Virus record (IMG/VR): IMGVR_UViG_3300040971_000365
Span: 1 to 49,988 of that record
Source: a virus
Taxonomy: Duplodnaviria > Caudoviricetes
Length of the DNA: 49,988 nt
Direction: 5' to 3' (one strand)
The stretch's first letter is position 1; each line of letters begins with the position of its first letter. Under the pieces are notes generated by a model. The model worked only from the letters and a program-made list of their open reading frames with translations, did not search any database and was not told where the DNA came from. Shown piece after piece: positions 18,450-28,198 of this stretch. The translations under genes were made by a program, and so were the position numbers.

Positions 18450-20021
18450 TTACTCTCCCTCGTAGGTTTGACGGTCATTGCCGCGTGGTTCGGGCAACTG
18501 GCGCGCGGTCAGGGTGATCTCCAGCAGCGTCGGGCTGTGCCAGTACAAGTCGATGGCGTCGTGATCCAGGCGGCAGCGCACGAGACGAATGACGCGGCTG
18601 CCTTCGGGCACCCAGTCGTCGAGGCCCGAGCGCAGCACCAACACACCGCCATGATCCAGATGGCAGGTCGCCGTCAGGGCGTACTGCCGGTAGGCGTCCG
18701 GATGCACGATCAAGCAGGCGGCGGGGCGATGCCAGAACGCAGAGATGTCTTTGCCATCCACGCGCAGGAAGCCATCTTCGGGATCGGCTTCGACGGTCAC
18801 CCACAGGATCGGGGCCAAGCCATCGGGCAGCCAGAACGCTTCCAGACGGCCTTGGGTGCGCCACAACCGCGCCCGCCAGATTTCGATTTCATCGAGTGAG
18901 CTGGCCAGATAGCGCCGCTGCAAAGTCGTCGTCGACCACGGATCGTCCCGGCGCACCCACGGATCTGCAGGCGAAAAGTCCTGGCGGGTGATCGTGGCTT
19001 GCACGGCGGCCGTCGGATCGTCACGCCAGTTGCCATCCGGCCAGACCGGTATCTCGTCGAGCCATGGGTCATCGAGGACATCCTGGTCGGGCAATGGTGC
19101 AGGCTGGATCTGTGTGGGAACGTTGCCGCCGACCATACCCGGCACCCACTGTGTGAGATCCGCCGGGTCGATGACCTTGCCCCACACCAAGGGTATGACG
19201 GTGCTGCCCACGGCTGCGGCGCGTGCCAAGGGCTCCGCCAGCCACAGCAGATCGCTTTCCACACGCTCAAGTTGCGCGATCTGCCAGCCATCGGCGGCGA
19301 TGATCAAAATCCAGCGGCCATTGTTCTCAGTTTCCTGCCAGCCCTGCACCCCGTCGTAGGTCAGATGCACATTGGCCGAGAGTGGCCCGAACTGTCGTCC
19401 GTCCGCTTCCGTCACGCTGAGCGCCAGTGCGCCACGTTCGCAGGCATCGGTCAGGTGAACCGCGTACTGCGGCAGCGGCCACAGAGCCATTTGACCGAGA
19501 TGATCGGCCAGCCAGTCGGCGACCAGGGCATCGGTCTGACGAGCATTGCCCACCTTGTAGGTGAGCCAGCGCCGAGGAACGCGTCGGCGTGCCTGACGGG
19601 ATTCGTTGCCACTGGCCAGCCGCGTGACGCTGGTCTGCCACTCCAGCCGTTCCACGAGGGGCTCCATCCAATCGTGGCGGAAGGCAAACACACCGCGTTG
19701 CGCATCCGGCCACGGCTGGTCGCCAAAGGCTTCCATACCGGTGGCGACGATGGCGCTCGAGGCCGTGTCTCGGCGCAGCACTTCGACCAAAAAGGTCGGT
19801 GTATCGATGGGTGCCCAGGGGCCCGCCAAGGATTCCGCCAGCAGGCTGGCCGCCATATTGGGAGGCAGCGGAGCCACAGCTGTTTCCGGCGTGAAACGGG
19901 CTGCGCTCGCCCCAAAGGTGGCACGCAAGAGCACCTCACTCTGGAAGGCGGGCAGTTCGCTTCCCGGCGTTGGTTTGCTGGAAACCTCCGCGATGTCTTG
20001 AACGACGACGCGATCCGTCAT
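18450..20021 (-). CDS. Phage tail protein (distal-tail-like)
   Basis: W...VERLEWQTSV...GNE.R...R..PRR and W...QGR..AFWLP motifs. Tail-module position. Confidence 0.7.
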   Translation of the reverse strand: MTDRVVVQDIAEVSSKPTPGSELPAFQSEVLLRATFGASAARFTPETAVAPLPPNMAASLLAESLAGPWAPIDTPTFLVEVLRRDTASSAIVATGMEAFGDQPWPDAQRGVFAFRHDWMEPLVERLEWQTSVTRLASGNESRQARRRVPRRWLTYKVGNARQTDALVADWLADHLGQMALWPLPQYAVHLTDACERGALALSVTEADGRQFGPLSANVHLTYDGVQGWQETENNGRWILIIAADGWQIAQLERVESDLLWLAEPLARAAAVGSTVIPLVWGKVIDPADLTQWVPGMVGGNVPTQIQPAPLPDQDVLDDPWLDEIPVWPDGNWRDDPTAAVQATITRQDFSPADPWVRRDDPWSTTTLQRRYLASSLDEIEIWRARLWRTQGRLEAFWLPDGLAPILWVTVEADPEDGFLRVDGKDISAFWHRPAACLIVHPDAYRQYALTATCHLDHGGVLVLRSGLDDWVPEGSRVIRLVRCRLDHDAIDLYWHSPTLLEITLTARQLPEPRGNDRQTYEGE

Positions 20022-21076
20022 GCCGACTCCACGCCGAACTCAGCGGCATTGAACGCGGCCTCCGTCCACTGCACGTTGCCGTTCGGGTTGCGCTCGAACA
20101 GCGTGCTCTGCCACGCCAGTTGCTCCTGCAGAATGATGTCGGTACTGACGGCGCTTTGAGCACCACTGACCACGAGTCCTTTGACCTTGCCCAGACCGGC
20201 GTCGGTCTTGCGGGCCAGCATGGTCAGTTGCACGCCGTAGATGGCGGGCGTGGCCATCACCGGCAGCGGCTCGACATCGAAGGACTGGCGCAGCCCCACG
20301 CTGGGCGCACTGATTGCCGTAGCCTCGTCCTCGTCACTGACGGCTTCCCATGCGGCGGTACCGACCGGGCTGGACGTCCACTGGTTAAGGCTGCCATCGG
20401 CCTGTGCCTGCAAGGCATCGACGCGCACATCACCGAGGAAGGTGTTGTTGATCGTGCCGCTGGTGTCGGCGATGTAGAAGTCGTCGACGTCAATGGTGAG
20501 CGGACAATTCTGACCGGGCACTGCGCCCACGAAAGCCGTAAGCAGTTGGCCACCGCCTTGGATGGTGTTCTGCGCCGTCATCTGGATGGCCAGGATGCCG
20601 TTGATGCGCACTGACAAAATGCCGTTGCTGGTGCCCTGCGTGACCTGCAGCTCGATGTAGTGCCAGCCGCGCGCCGGAGCGCTGGCGACTGAGACAGAGA
20701 TCAGCTGGTCGTAGCCGTACTGCCAGCGGTAAAGCTTGAGCCGACCGTCCTCGCCGATCTTCACTAAATGTGCGACCTGCGAGTTGGCATCGCGCACGCC
20801 GAGCAGCAAGGGCTCGGTGTAGGTGTTCTGGTACGGCACCACGCGAATGGCCGCCCCGACAATCAGGCTGGTCTTGGTGGCGTCGAGGTTCTTGACGTAG
20901 CCACCACCCGAGCCTTCCGGCAAACGCAGGGCATAGGAGGACGGACGACGGCCATTGATCCGGGTGGCCTGCGGCGACAGATACGCCGCCTTGCCGCGTG
21001 CCAGCCAGGGATCGCCAAAGCTGTCCACGGCCTGCGGGTCGTAGTGATCGAAACCGTCGATGAACAGAAGTGCCAT
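20018..21076 (-). CDS. Virion structural protein with a beta-sandwich (LamG/lectin-like) domain
   Basis: MALLFIDGFDHY, WHYIELQV...VRING, DDFYIAD.SG..N..FLGD. Directly after the tape measure gene. Confidence 0.65.
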   Translation of the reverse strand: MALLFIDGFDHYDPQAVDSFGDPWLARGKAAYLSPQATRINGRRPSSYALRLPEGSGGGYVKNLDATKTSLIVGAAIRVVPYQNTYTEPLLLGVRDANSQVAHLVKIGEDGRLKLYRWQYGYDQLISVSVASAPARGWHYIELQVTQGTSNGILSVRINGILAIQMTAQNTIQGGGQLLTAFVGAVPGQNCPLTIDVDDFYIADTSGTINNTFLGDVRVDALQAQADGSLNQWTSSPVGTAAWEAVSDEDEATAISAPSVGLRQSFDVEPLPVMATPAIYGVQLTMLARKTDAGLGKVKGLVVSGAQSAVSTDIILQEQLAWQSTLFERNPNGNVQWTEAAFNAAEFGVESA

Positions 21077-21095
21077 TGGACTTTCCCCTGAAAAT

Positions 21096-23801
21096 TCAGC
21101 CTTGCAGCGCCGCACGGATGGCCCGTGCATTGCGCCCGATGATGTTGACGATGACTTTCTCCCCGGCAGGTGACTGCAGGTGGTCGTGCGTCACACCCGG
21201 ATCGACCGCGTTGACGATGCGCACCGCCTGATTCATCTGCGGCTGCGCGGGCGGCACTTTCACTTCTGGCACAAGGCCACCTGCCGCGAAGGCCAATTCG
21301 CCGCCCTTGAAGCGTGGGCCTGCCGACAAGCCATTGAGGGAGTCGAGGAAGGCCACACCGACCTGGCGCACAGCGGCCGCCCGCACGACGTATTCGCCTG
21401 CCGACAGACGCGCCGGTATCGAGTCCGACGTGGCGCTGCCCGGCCCGGAAACCAAACCGCCACCCGCGAACTTCTTGATGCCACCCAAGAGCGCCATCAC
21501 AGCGGCGACCATGGCCACCATCGCGGCCACCGCGAGTGCCGGGCCAACGTAGGGAATGGAAGCCTGAGACGCCGCCGCCCCAGCTCCCGCCTTGGCCGCA
21601 TCCATCGACACCACGGCAGTGGTTTCCGTGGTCTTCTGCGCGACCTTGGCGGCGCTGGCCGCCGCATCGACGGTTTGCTCCTGCTGGATGAAACCCAACT
21701 TGAGCGCCAGCATCCGCGCCTGCATGGCGATCCACTGCTGGAACGGCTGGATCACGATCTGCTGCAGGAAGGCGTCGGCCACCTGCTGGAAAATGCTGGC
21801 CAAGGCACTGCGCCAGGTCTGCGCGCCGGTGATCATCCCGTTGAGCGCACCACCAAAGTTCTCGCCGATGCGGTTCCACAGCGGGGCCATTTCATCGACG
21901 GTAAGCCGGGTGCGATCCAGCTCGTTGCGCCACGCCTGCACGCGAATCACCGCATCGGGCCCGATGGCCTGCGCGGCTTGCTGCATGGTCGGCAACAAGC
22001 GCTCCATCTCGGTGGCTGATTGCTGTTGCAATGCCACGATCTGCTGACGGGCCTGCGCTTCGGTGAGCAGACCAGCCTGCTGCTGGGTCTGGATAGCTTC
22101 CTGCGCATTACGCAGACGCTCGGTGACCTGCCGCCATTGGGCTTCCAAGGCTTCCAGATTGGCCTGCGCGGCCTTCACGTTGATCAGCCGATCAATGAGC
22201 GACACGCCGTCGGCATCGCTTTCTGCAGCAAGACGCGCCCGCAGGTCGCGGTAGCTGCGCTCAATGGCAGCCTGCCGGTCGGCATCTGTGGCCGTGCCGG
22301 TGATCTGCGCCAGTTCCTCACGCGCCTGCGCCAAGGCATCAGCCAGTTCCCGCTCGGCTTGTGCCGCCTTGCGGGCGTTGGCCTGCTCGATGTCTGTGCG
22401 CCGGTTGTTGAGCGTGATGAGGTCGGCTTCCGCTTTGGCCACTTCAGCCTTGGCGCGCAGGCGGTCGTTTTCAGATTTGCCCGTGGTGGCGACTTGCTGA
22501 CTGCGGGCCAATTCCTGCTGCTTTCGGGCAATCTCGGCATCGACCTCGCGCTGCTCGATGGCCGTCCTCTGCGTGTAGTAGTCGCGCACAGAGACCAGAC
22601 GGTCTTCGAGTGCAGCATCCAGCGCAGTTTGCTGTCGCGCCAGTCCGTCCTTGAGCAGCGCGAACTCGGCGTCCAGCTGCGCTTTCATCAGCGTGGTTTG
22701 CGCGCCGGTTGTGTCCTGCGCTGGCTTGGCGGCCTTGGGTTTGGTCAGGCGCTGCAGCAGTTCCAGATCGGCCTGAATCTTGGGAGCCTTGACCTCAATG
22801 GGCTTGGGATCGAACAGGCTGTCACGGAAGGACGCCAACTCATCCAGCCGGTTGACCAGATTGCCTTTGAGGTCGGCAATGATGGCCTTCGCTCCGTCGG
22901 TGTTGCCCTTGAGCGCTTCGACTGCCGCCGCCACACCGGCACCGATGGCTTCGCCCAAGGCGACAAAGGCCTTGCCAACCGTGGCGGCACCGAGCGCCAG
23001 GGTCTTGAGCACCAGCACCACGCCATCCAGGATCGCGCGCAATGTGCCGCCTTGCTTGGCAGACTCGACCATGCCACCGGCCATGTCGTTCAGGGCAGGC
23101 AGCAAGGAGGCGATGATCTGGTTGCCGATGCTGGTAGTGGCCAGCTTCAGCTTGTCGAGCGCATCGTTGAAATTGCCCGCCTGCGCAGCAGTCTCACTGC
23201 TCATCTGCACGCCGAGCGCCTGCATCTCGGCAGCCAGCTCGTTGATGCCGTCGCGCCCCTGATTCAGAAACGGGATCAGCTCCGCTCCTGACTTGCCGAA
23301 CAGTTGCACGGCCAGCGCAGTCTTCTCCGCGCCATCGGGCATGGCCTTGAAGCGCTCGGCCAGATCCAGTAGCACCTGATCGGTGGCACGCAGGGTGCCG
23401 TCCTGGTTCTTGAACTCGATGCCCACCGCAGAAAATCCGCGAGCGGCATCTTCCGACCCGGTCGCGGCTTCCAGCATAGTGGTGGACAGCTTGCGCAGGC
23501 CCTTCTCGAAGGACTCGCCGGAGACGCCTGACTGCTCGGCTGCCGGTTTCCATACCGAAAGGGTCTCAACACTGACACCGACACGCTGCGACATCTCGTC
23601 CAGCGCGTCGCCAGTGTCGATGGCCGATTTCACCATCGCGGTCAGGCCCGCCACCGACACTGCCACACCAAGGTTGGCCAGCACACCGTTGACACTCTTG
23701 GCCGTATCGGTGAGACCGCCCAGCCCGCGCTTGATCGAGTCGAAGGCGGTCTTGGTCTGGTCAACGGCGCTGATCAGGATTTGGGCACGATTGCTTGCCA
23801 T
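21096..23801 (-). CDS. Tail tape measure protein
   Basis: 901 aa, Ala/Gln-rich coiled coil, C-terminal FAGGGLVSGPG..TSDSIPARLS.GEYV. Confidence 0.93.
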   Translation of the reverse strand: MASNRAQILISAVDQTKTAFDSIKRGLGGLTDTAKSVNGVLANLGVAVSVAGLTAMVKSAIDTGDALDEMSQRVGVSVETLSVWKPAAEQSGVSGESFEKGLRKLSTTMLEAATGSEDAARGFSAVGIEFKNQDGTLRATDQVLLDLAERFKAMPDGAEKTALAVQLFGKSGAELIPFLNQGRDGINELAAEMQALGVQMSSETAAQAGNFNDALDKLKLATTSIGNQIIASLLPALNDMAGGMVESAKQGGTLRAILDGVVLVLKTLALGAATVGKAFVALGEAIGAGVAAAVEALKGNTDGAKAIIADLKGNLVNRLDELASFRDSLFDPKPIEVKAPKIQADLELLQRLTKPKAAKPAQDTTGAQTTLMKAQLDAEFALLKDGLARQQTALDAALEDRLVSVRDYYTQRTAIEQREVDAEIARKQQELARSQQVATTGKSENDRLRAKAEVAKAEADLITLNNRRTDIEQANARKAAQAERELADALAQAREELAQITGTATDADRQAAIERSYRDLRARLAAESDADGVSLIDRLINVKAAQANLEALEAQWRQVTERLRNAQEAIQTQQQAGLLTEAQARQQIVALQQQSATEMERLLPTMQQAAQAIGPDAVIRVQAWRNELDRTRLTVDEMAPLWNRIGENFGGALNGMITGAQTWRSALASIFQQVADAFLQQIVIQPFQQWIAMQARMLALKLGFIQQEQTVDAAASAAKVAQKTTETTAVVSMDAAKAGAGAAASQASIPYVGPALAVAAMVAMVAAVMALLGGIKKFAGGGLVSGPGSATSDSIPARLSAGEYVVRAAAVRQVGVAFLDSLNGLSAGPRFKGGELAFAAGGLVPEVKVPPAQPQMNQAVRIVNAVDPGVTHDHLQSPAGEKVIVNIIGRNARAIRAALQG

Positions 23802-24442
23802 CAGACTTTGTCCAGTTCTTGTTGAATCGCCCGCGCCAAGGCAGGTAGTGCGCGTTGCACGCCACCCGCCAGATTCAGTCGTCGTTTGAGATCGACGCGC
23901 TTTACCAGCACTGCGATGGGAATCTCCTGGCCACGCTTGATCTGCTTGGCCCCGGTACGACTACGCTCGGCACGCTTGAAGCGGCCCAACTGCCCGGCGT
24001 TCTCTTTGATGTTCTCGGCCATCAGGAGCACGCGACCGTTCTTCTCGATGAAGAAGGCATTGCCCGTGCGCATCAGGCCGTCAATGACCGCCTTGAAGCG
24101 CTTGGGGCCGATGCGCCCGGGCAGCAGCGGTATCAGCAAATTGCCGCTCACCGTGCCGCCTTTTTCGTGCAGGCCGAGCCACGGAATCTTGCTGCCCACC
24201 AGCAAGGCGGGCAGTTGCTCCGACTTCTTGTCGAATACCTTCACGCCCATCGAGGAGATGAAGCTGTTGCGTTTGACGGTGAATGCGCTGCGCATCTCGG
24301 ATCGCGCGGCGTCACGCACTTCACGCCCGCCCGATTGCATGCCCTTGGCGACGGCAGCGTGGATGGCACGACGCCGCTCCGCACCCCACGCCGCCAACTG
24401 GCGCGGGTCCAGCAGGCCGGTGGTGGTGAGCGAGAGACGCAT
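23801..24442 (-). CDS. Basic tail-completion (gpZ-like / DUF6441) protein
   Basis: Arg/Lys-rich 213-aa ORF coupled to the tape measure start. Confidence 0.55.
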   Translation of the reverse strand: MRLSLTTTGLLDPRQLAAWGAERRRAIHAAVAKGMQSGGREVRDAARSEMRSAFTVKRNSFISSMGVKVFDKKSEQLPALLVGSKIPWLGLHEKGGTVSGNLLIPLLPGRIGPKRFKAVIDGLMRTGNAFFIEKNGRVLLMAENIKENAGQLGRFKRAERSRTGAKQIKRGQEIPIAVLVKRVDLKRRLNLAGGVQRALPALARAIQQELDKV

Positions 24443-24445
24443 GGC

Positions 24446-24660
24446 TCAGTCCTTCAGAAGATCGCGTTGCAGTTGTTCGATGCCACGTTTCTCGCCCTGC
24501 GCTGCCACGGCATGAATGCCGAGCAGTTGGGCCAGTTGCTGCCGCTCGATCTGTCCGTCGGTGTCCAGAAAGGCTTGCGCCTGTGTGAGCGTGTAGCCCA
24601 TCAAGTCACCGAGGCGGTGACCGGCGCGGATCAGGCGGGCGACGGCAGCGTCCCACCCGA
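24446..24660 (-). CDS. Tail assembly chaperone extension (gpT-like), probably read by -1 frameshift
   Basis: WDAAVARLIRAGH...YTLTQAQAFL lies in the -1 frame and overlaps the end of the chaperone gene. The 5' boundary is approximate. Confidence 0.5.
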
Positions 24661-25032
24661 GTTCGTCAGTGAGCGCAGCGTCGGCGCGAGTCGCTGGGCT
24701 GCGCCCTGAATGCTCGGCACGACGTGCGCCACGAAAAAATCCGCGTTGACCTCGAACACGGCTGCGGCCAGTTGCACGGCGTCCGCAAGCTGAAGGTCGT
24801 TGATCCACGCGCGTTCACGCCGGGTGGTGATCGCCAGCAAATCCAGCACGGCATCGCCGTGCCGTCCCAGCAGCGCCATCCAGTCCGGATCGCTGGTGAT
24901 TTCCTCGGCCAGCGGGCGCACCACGGCTAGCAACCGTGGCAATTCGCCCAGCCGGATCGGCGTCAATTCCAGCGCCGTACCGGACAGCGTCACGACCACA
25001 GGCTCAGGGGGGAATGTCTTGAAGCCGTCCAT
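24631..25032 (-). CDS. Tail assembly chaperone (gpG-like)
   Basis: Follows the major tail gene. Contains EVNADFF. Confidence 0.7.
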   Translation of the reverse strand: MDGFKTFPPEPVVVTLSGTALELTPIRLGELPRLLAVVRPLAEEITSDPDWMALLGRHGDAVLDLLAITTRRERAWINDLQLADAVQLAAAVFEVNADFFVAHVVPSIQGAAQRLAPTLRSLTNSGGTLPSPA

Positions 25033-25784
25033 CACAGCAGCACCAGACGGCCGAACTGACCGAGATCACCACCGACCGGCTTGGTCAGATCCGCCAGTAC
25101 TTGGCCCGACAGCTCGAACTTGAGCAATTCGTCCGTGATGATCGAGAGCTCCTTGGCCGGGTTGATGGCCACGCGGTAGAGGTCGATCACCACCTCGCGG
25201 TTGCCGTCGGCGGTGTTGAGCCCCTCGAAGCGAATCCAGCGCTCGGGCAGCGGCTGGGTGAACATCGCCGTGCTCTGCGCCGCGCCATAGGCGTAGTCGA
25301 CGGTGAACGGCTCGGTGTACGGGCCGCCCGACGTGGCATCGAGCACCACCAGCGAACCGTGCTTGGCATTGACACTGTATTGGCTGGGCGGGAGCGTCTT
25401 GGGCGTGGCATCCGAGTCCTGGATCTGCACGGCCGATACGTTCTGCATGGTCAGCGGGTACAGACTGCCCGGCGTGACCGGGAGGGGCAATGCTTCGCCA
25501 GTCACCGTACCAGGGGTGATCGTGGTCGTGGTGCCGTAGAGCGCCAACGCCAGATTGGTGGCGATCAGCTCTTCCAGCGTGCAGGCGAACTCGCCCTTCT
25601 TGGTCTTGATGAGTTGCAGGTCGGTCAGGCGCTGGCCCGACTGCGCTTCCTGGTGCTCGATGGTATCCACCGACAGCGACACCTTCAGTTCGGGCACGTT
25701 GCCGACGAAGGTCAGTCCTGCTGGGTTGCCGAGTTCATCGCGTGCGCCGATGTAGACGCGACCTTGTCCGGAAAAGTAAGCCAT
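25032..25784 (-). CDS. Major tail tube protein
   Basis: MAYFSGQGRVY...GNVPEL...H.E..SGQR, RFEGLNTA. Typical position. Confidence 0.8.
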   Translation of the reverse strand: MAYFSGQGRVYIGARDELGNPAGLTFVGNVPELKVSLSVDTIEHQEAQSGQRLTDLQLIKTKKGEFACTLEELIATNLALALYGTTTTITPGTVTGEALPLPVTPGSLYPLTMQNVSAVQIQDSDATPKTLPPSQYSVNAKHGSLVVLDATSGGPYTEPFTVDYAYGAAQSTAMFTQPLPERWIRFEGLNTADGNREVVIDLYRVAINPAKELSIITDELLKFELSGQVLADLTKPVGGDLGQFGRLVLL

Positions 25785-25786
25785 GT

Positions 25787-25999
25787 TCAGTCTCCTTGGG
25801 TGGCTGCAGTTGTGGAAACACCGGATGTGGCATCACGGCGGGTGGGTTTGGAATCGGTGGCGGGGATGGCCGCTTTGGCCGTGCCTTGCGTGATCAGCCA
25901 ACGAGCGCTCGCGTCATTTAGATCAAGGCGATCACCCACGGCGAGGCGCTTGCCTGCGTGGGTGTGGGGTTTCAGTAGTTCGATGGAGAGGGTTTGCAT
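25787..25999 (-). CDS. Small conserved phage protein
   Basis: LLKPHTHAGK...GD.LD....ARWL. RBS AGGA. Confidence 0.6.
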   Translation of the reverse strand: MQTLSIELLKPHTHAGKRLAVGDRLDLNDASARWLITQGTAKAAIPATDSKPTRRDATSGVSTTAATQGD

Positions 26000-26006
26000 A
26001 AGGTGT

Positions 26007-26432
26007 TCATCCTGTTTGGGTGAGGTCGATGGCGTGGGTGCGGTAGCGGATCTCGTAGCGGGCAGGCAGCGCGACGGCCCCGGCATCGGCGTCGTCGAAC
26101 TCCCATTCGCAGTCGATCTCGCGCACGGCGATGGCCAGACCGCCCAGATTCGGGTCCGCGAGCATTGCCGCGTGGGCCGCGACCAGGGCCAGGTCGGCCG
26201 CGTCGAAGGCATCCGCGCCGCGTGCCACCACGGCAAGCCGGACGATCAGCAACCGGTCGACAAGGTGGTTGGCGTGGGCGGTGATGCTGTCGCCATCGAC
26301 GAAGAGCAGCAGCGCCGGGCTGGCCTCGCGGGTGACCGGCACCGCAGGCATGCGCAGCACCGGCGTCGGGGCAATCGCAGAAGCCAGGCGCGTGACGATC
26401 TCCCGCAAGACGCGCTCGCGAACGGAGTTCAT
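26007..26432 (-). CDS. Putative tail terminator / minor tail protein
   Basis: S.RE..L N-terminus, AMLADPNLGGLA and Y.IRYRT. Located between the head and tail genes. Confidence 0.6.
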   Translation of the reverse strand: MNSVRERVLREIVTRLASAIAPTPVLRMPAVPVTREASPALLLFVDGDSITAHANHLVDRLLIVRLAVVARGADAFDAADLALVAAHAAMLADPNLGGLAIAVREIDCEWEFDDADAGAVALPARYEIRYRTHAIDLTQTG

Positions 26433-26442
26433 GGGGTGTTCC

Positions 26443-26721
26443 TCAGAGTTGGGAGAGCGAGGCGCGACGCTCAGTGCCGTCGCCGATGGCGCGCACGTCG
26501 CGCACCTGATAGGTATTGCCTGCCACCTCGACCGTGTCCCCGGCAGCCAGCGTCAACCAGGACGCCGGGTAGTCGATCTGGTAGTCCCGCGACAGTGCGA
26601 AACCATCCAGCACGGTTTCGTCCGGAGCGCGGAAGGCGCAGTGCACCGTGTTGCCCGCCACCGTGATGGCGGTGAGCAATCCGGCATTGCGTGCTGCTTC
26701 GTACAGCGTCGCGACGTCCAT
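26443..26721 (-). CDS. Head-tail joining protein (FII-like)
   Basis: GDTVEVAGNTYQVRDVRAIGDG.E beta-rich pattern. The start overlaps the capsid stop. Confidence 0.65.
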   Translation of the reverse strand: MDVATLYEAARNAGLLTAITVAGNTVHCAFRAPDETVLDGFALSRDYQIDYPASWLTLAAGDTVEVAGNTYQVRDVRAIGDGTERRASLSQL

Positions 26722-27743
26722 CAGGCAGAGATCAGCTTGATCAGCACGCCCGGGCGATGGCACATCGGCAATGGGTTCGATTGCGTATGCAGATCAGTGC
26801 CCCGGTCGAATTTGCGCGGCTCCTGCTTGGCATACAGCGGCTGGCCGATGGTGTTCACGGTCTCGTTGAAGTCCGCTGGCGCGAAGTAAGTCGCGAAGGT
26901 GTCCACCGTGCCGACCGGGAATGCATGGGCTTCACCGGCGGCGATGAAGCGGCGCGACCCCAGCGTGCCGTCGGCCTGCACAAAGGACGCCTGACCCCGG
27001 TATTCCTCGAAGGTGATGCCGCTATAGCTGAAGCCCGAGCGCATGTCGTTGATCAGCACCGCGCCCTGTTGCCAGTTCTGGTAAGCGGTCTTGACCTCCT
27101 TGTGGGTGGTCAGCGCCCGGAAGAACTCGGTCGAGCACAACACATGCACGCCGGTCGAAAACTCGCCCGTGAGCCCATCTTCCATGAGCCCAAGCAGCTC
27201 CAGGCAGGCACTCTTGATTTGCCCGTTGTCGGCCGCCGTCGAAAACTCGAAGGACACTGATTGCGCGGTGATGTCGAACTCGTCGAACAGATCGACCAGC
27301 TCACTGCCGTCGGCATCGAGGATCTTGCCCTTGAGTGCGCCCATGCGTAGGTGCTCCAGGGTGATCGCGTGCTTGTTACGCATGGTCTCCAGATGACGGG
27401 CCATGACACCGCCAATGGCTTCCATCTCAGTTTCGGAACCAAAGGCGCGCAGGCCTTGCACTTCTTCCGGCAGCACCACGTCGTCGTGCGGGATGTGCGG
27501 GATCACGAAGGAACGCAGGTTGCGCTTGCCACGTTCACCGACGGTGCCGGGTGAACCGGGCGCGCGGGTGGGCAGCAGGTTCAGACGACCGGCGTACTCC
27601 TCGACGATGATCTGCCGAGTGCGCACCGGCTTGGCCGGAAACAGGTTGAGTTGCTCCAGCCGCCCGTAGCGGTTGGGCAGGAGGTTGATGGCGGCCGTCA
27701 GGCTGGCCATCGAGAAACCGGGGTTTTCAAAGGGGTTCTGCAT
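26721..27743 (-). CDS. Major capsid protein (lambda E family)
   Basis: LTAAIN..P, TLEHLRMGALKG.ILDADG, ITFEEY, FAPADF.ETVNT.G, QSNPLP.C.RP. Confidence 0.93.
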   Translation of the reverse strand: MQNPFENPGFSMASLTAAINLLPNRYGRLEQLNLFPAKPVRTRQIIVEEYAGRLNLLPTRAPGSPGTVGERGKRNLRSFVIPHIPHDDVVLPEEVQGLRAFGSETEMEAIGGVMARHLETMRNKHAITLEHLRMGALKGKILDADGSELVDLFDEFDITAQSVSFEFSTAADNGQIKSACLELLGLMEDGLTGEFSTGVHVLCSTEFFRALTTHKEVKTAYQNWQQGAVLINDMRSGFSYSGITFEEYRGQASFVQADGTLGSRRFIAAGEAHAFPVGTVDTFATYFAPADFNETVNTIGQPLYAKQEPRKFDRGTDLHTQSNPLPMCHRPGVLIKLISA

Positions 27744-27763
27744 TTGGGATCTCCAGAAATGAC

Positions 27764-27786
27764 GAAACCCGCCAGTGGCGGGTTTT
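27764..27786 (-). terminator. Hairpin upstream of the capsid RBS
   Basis: AAACCCGCC-agt-GGCGGGTTT stem-loop. Confidence 0.5.
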
Positions 27787-27817
27787 CGGGGGAGTGAGAT
27801 GGATCGTTGGGACGGGA

Positions 27818-28195
27818 TCAGGCGCTATCGCGCACCAGTACCCCAAGGGCGGAGAGTTGGGCAACGGCAGTTGCCTTCTGCGCAACCGTGAGACCGGTCG
27901 GCCAGACCAATGCGCCGCGCGCAACGATGGCGTGGCGGGCGATCAAGATCGCGTCCTCGCGGTCGATCAGCGTCGCATCGACGTCGTTGCCAAGCACGCC
28001 AACGGCGATTTCCGTACCGTCCGTGGCGCTCGGGTCGATTACCTTGAGCTTGGCAGTGGCTGTTTCGCGGCCCACCACGGTGCCCAGCGACAGGTTCTGC
28101 GCGGCAGCGACGGTGTCCTGGTCGCGCGAGTAGAGGTTCGGCGCTTCGTACTTCAGCAGGTCGCCGAGGTTCTTGGGTTGAGAGACAGTGGGCAT
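27818..28195 (-). CDS. Head decoration protein (lambda D-like)
   Basis: LKYEA...YSR, L.LGTVVG, DG.E.AVGVL. Between the protease and capsid genes. Confidence 0.85.
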   Translation of the reverse strand: MPTVSQPKNLGDLLKYEAPNLYSRDQDTVAAAQNLSLGTVVGRETATAKLKVIDPSATDGTEIAVGVLGNDVDATLIDREDAILIARHAIVARGALVWPTGLTVAQKATAVAQLSALGVLVRDSA

Positions 28196-28198
28196 GGC

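Noticed and set aside
13966-21076. Diversity-generating retroelement or invertible tail-fibre switch
   Set aside because: No reverse transcriptase, no TR/VR pair and no inverted crossover sites seen by eye. The recombinases are large integrase-type enzymes far from the tail genes.
25101-26666. 521-aa plus-strand ORF, and similar ones at 18999-20159, 22020-23291, 32162-33325 and 44273-45439
   Set aside because: All are antisense to well-supported phage genes and have the composition of shadow ORFs.
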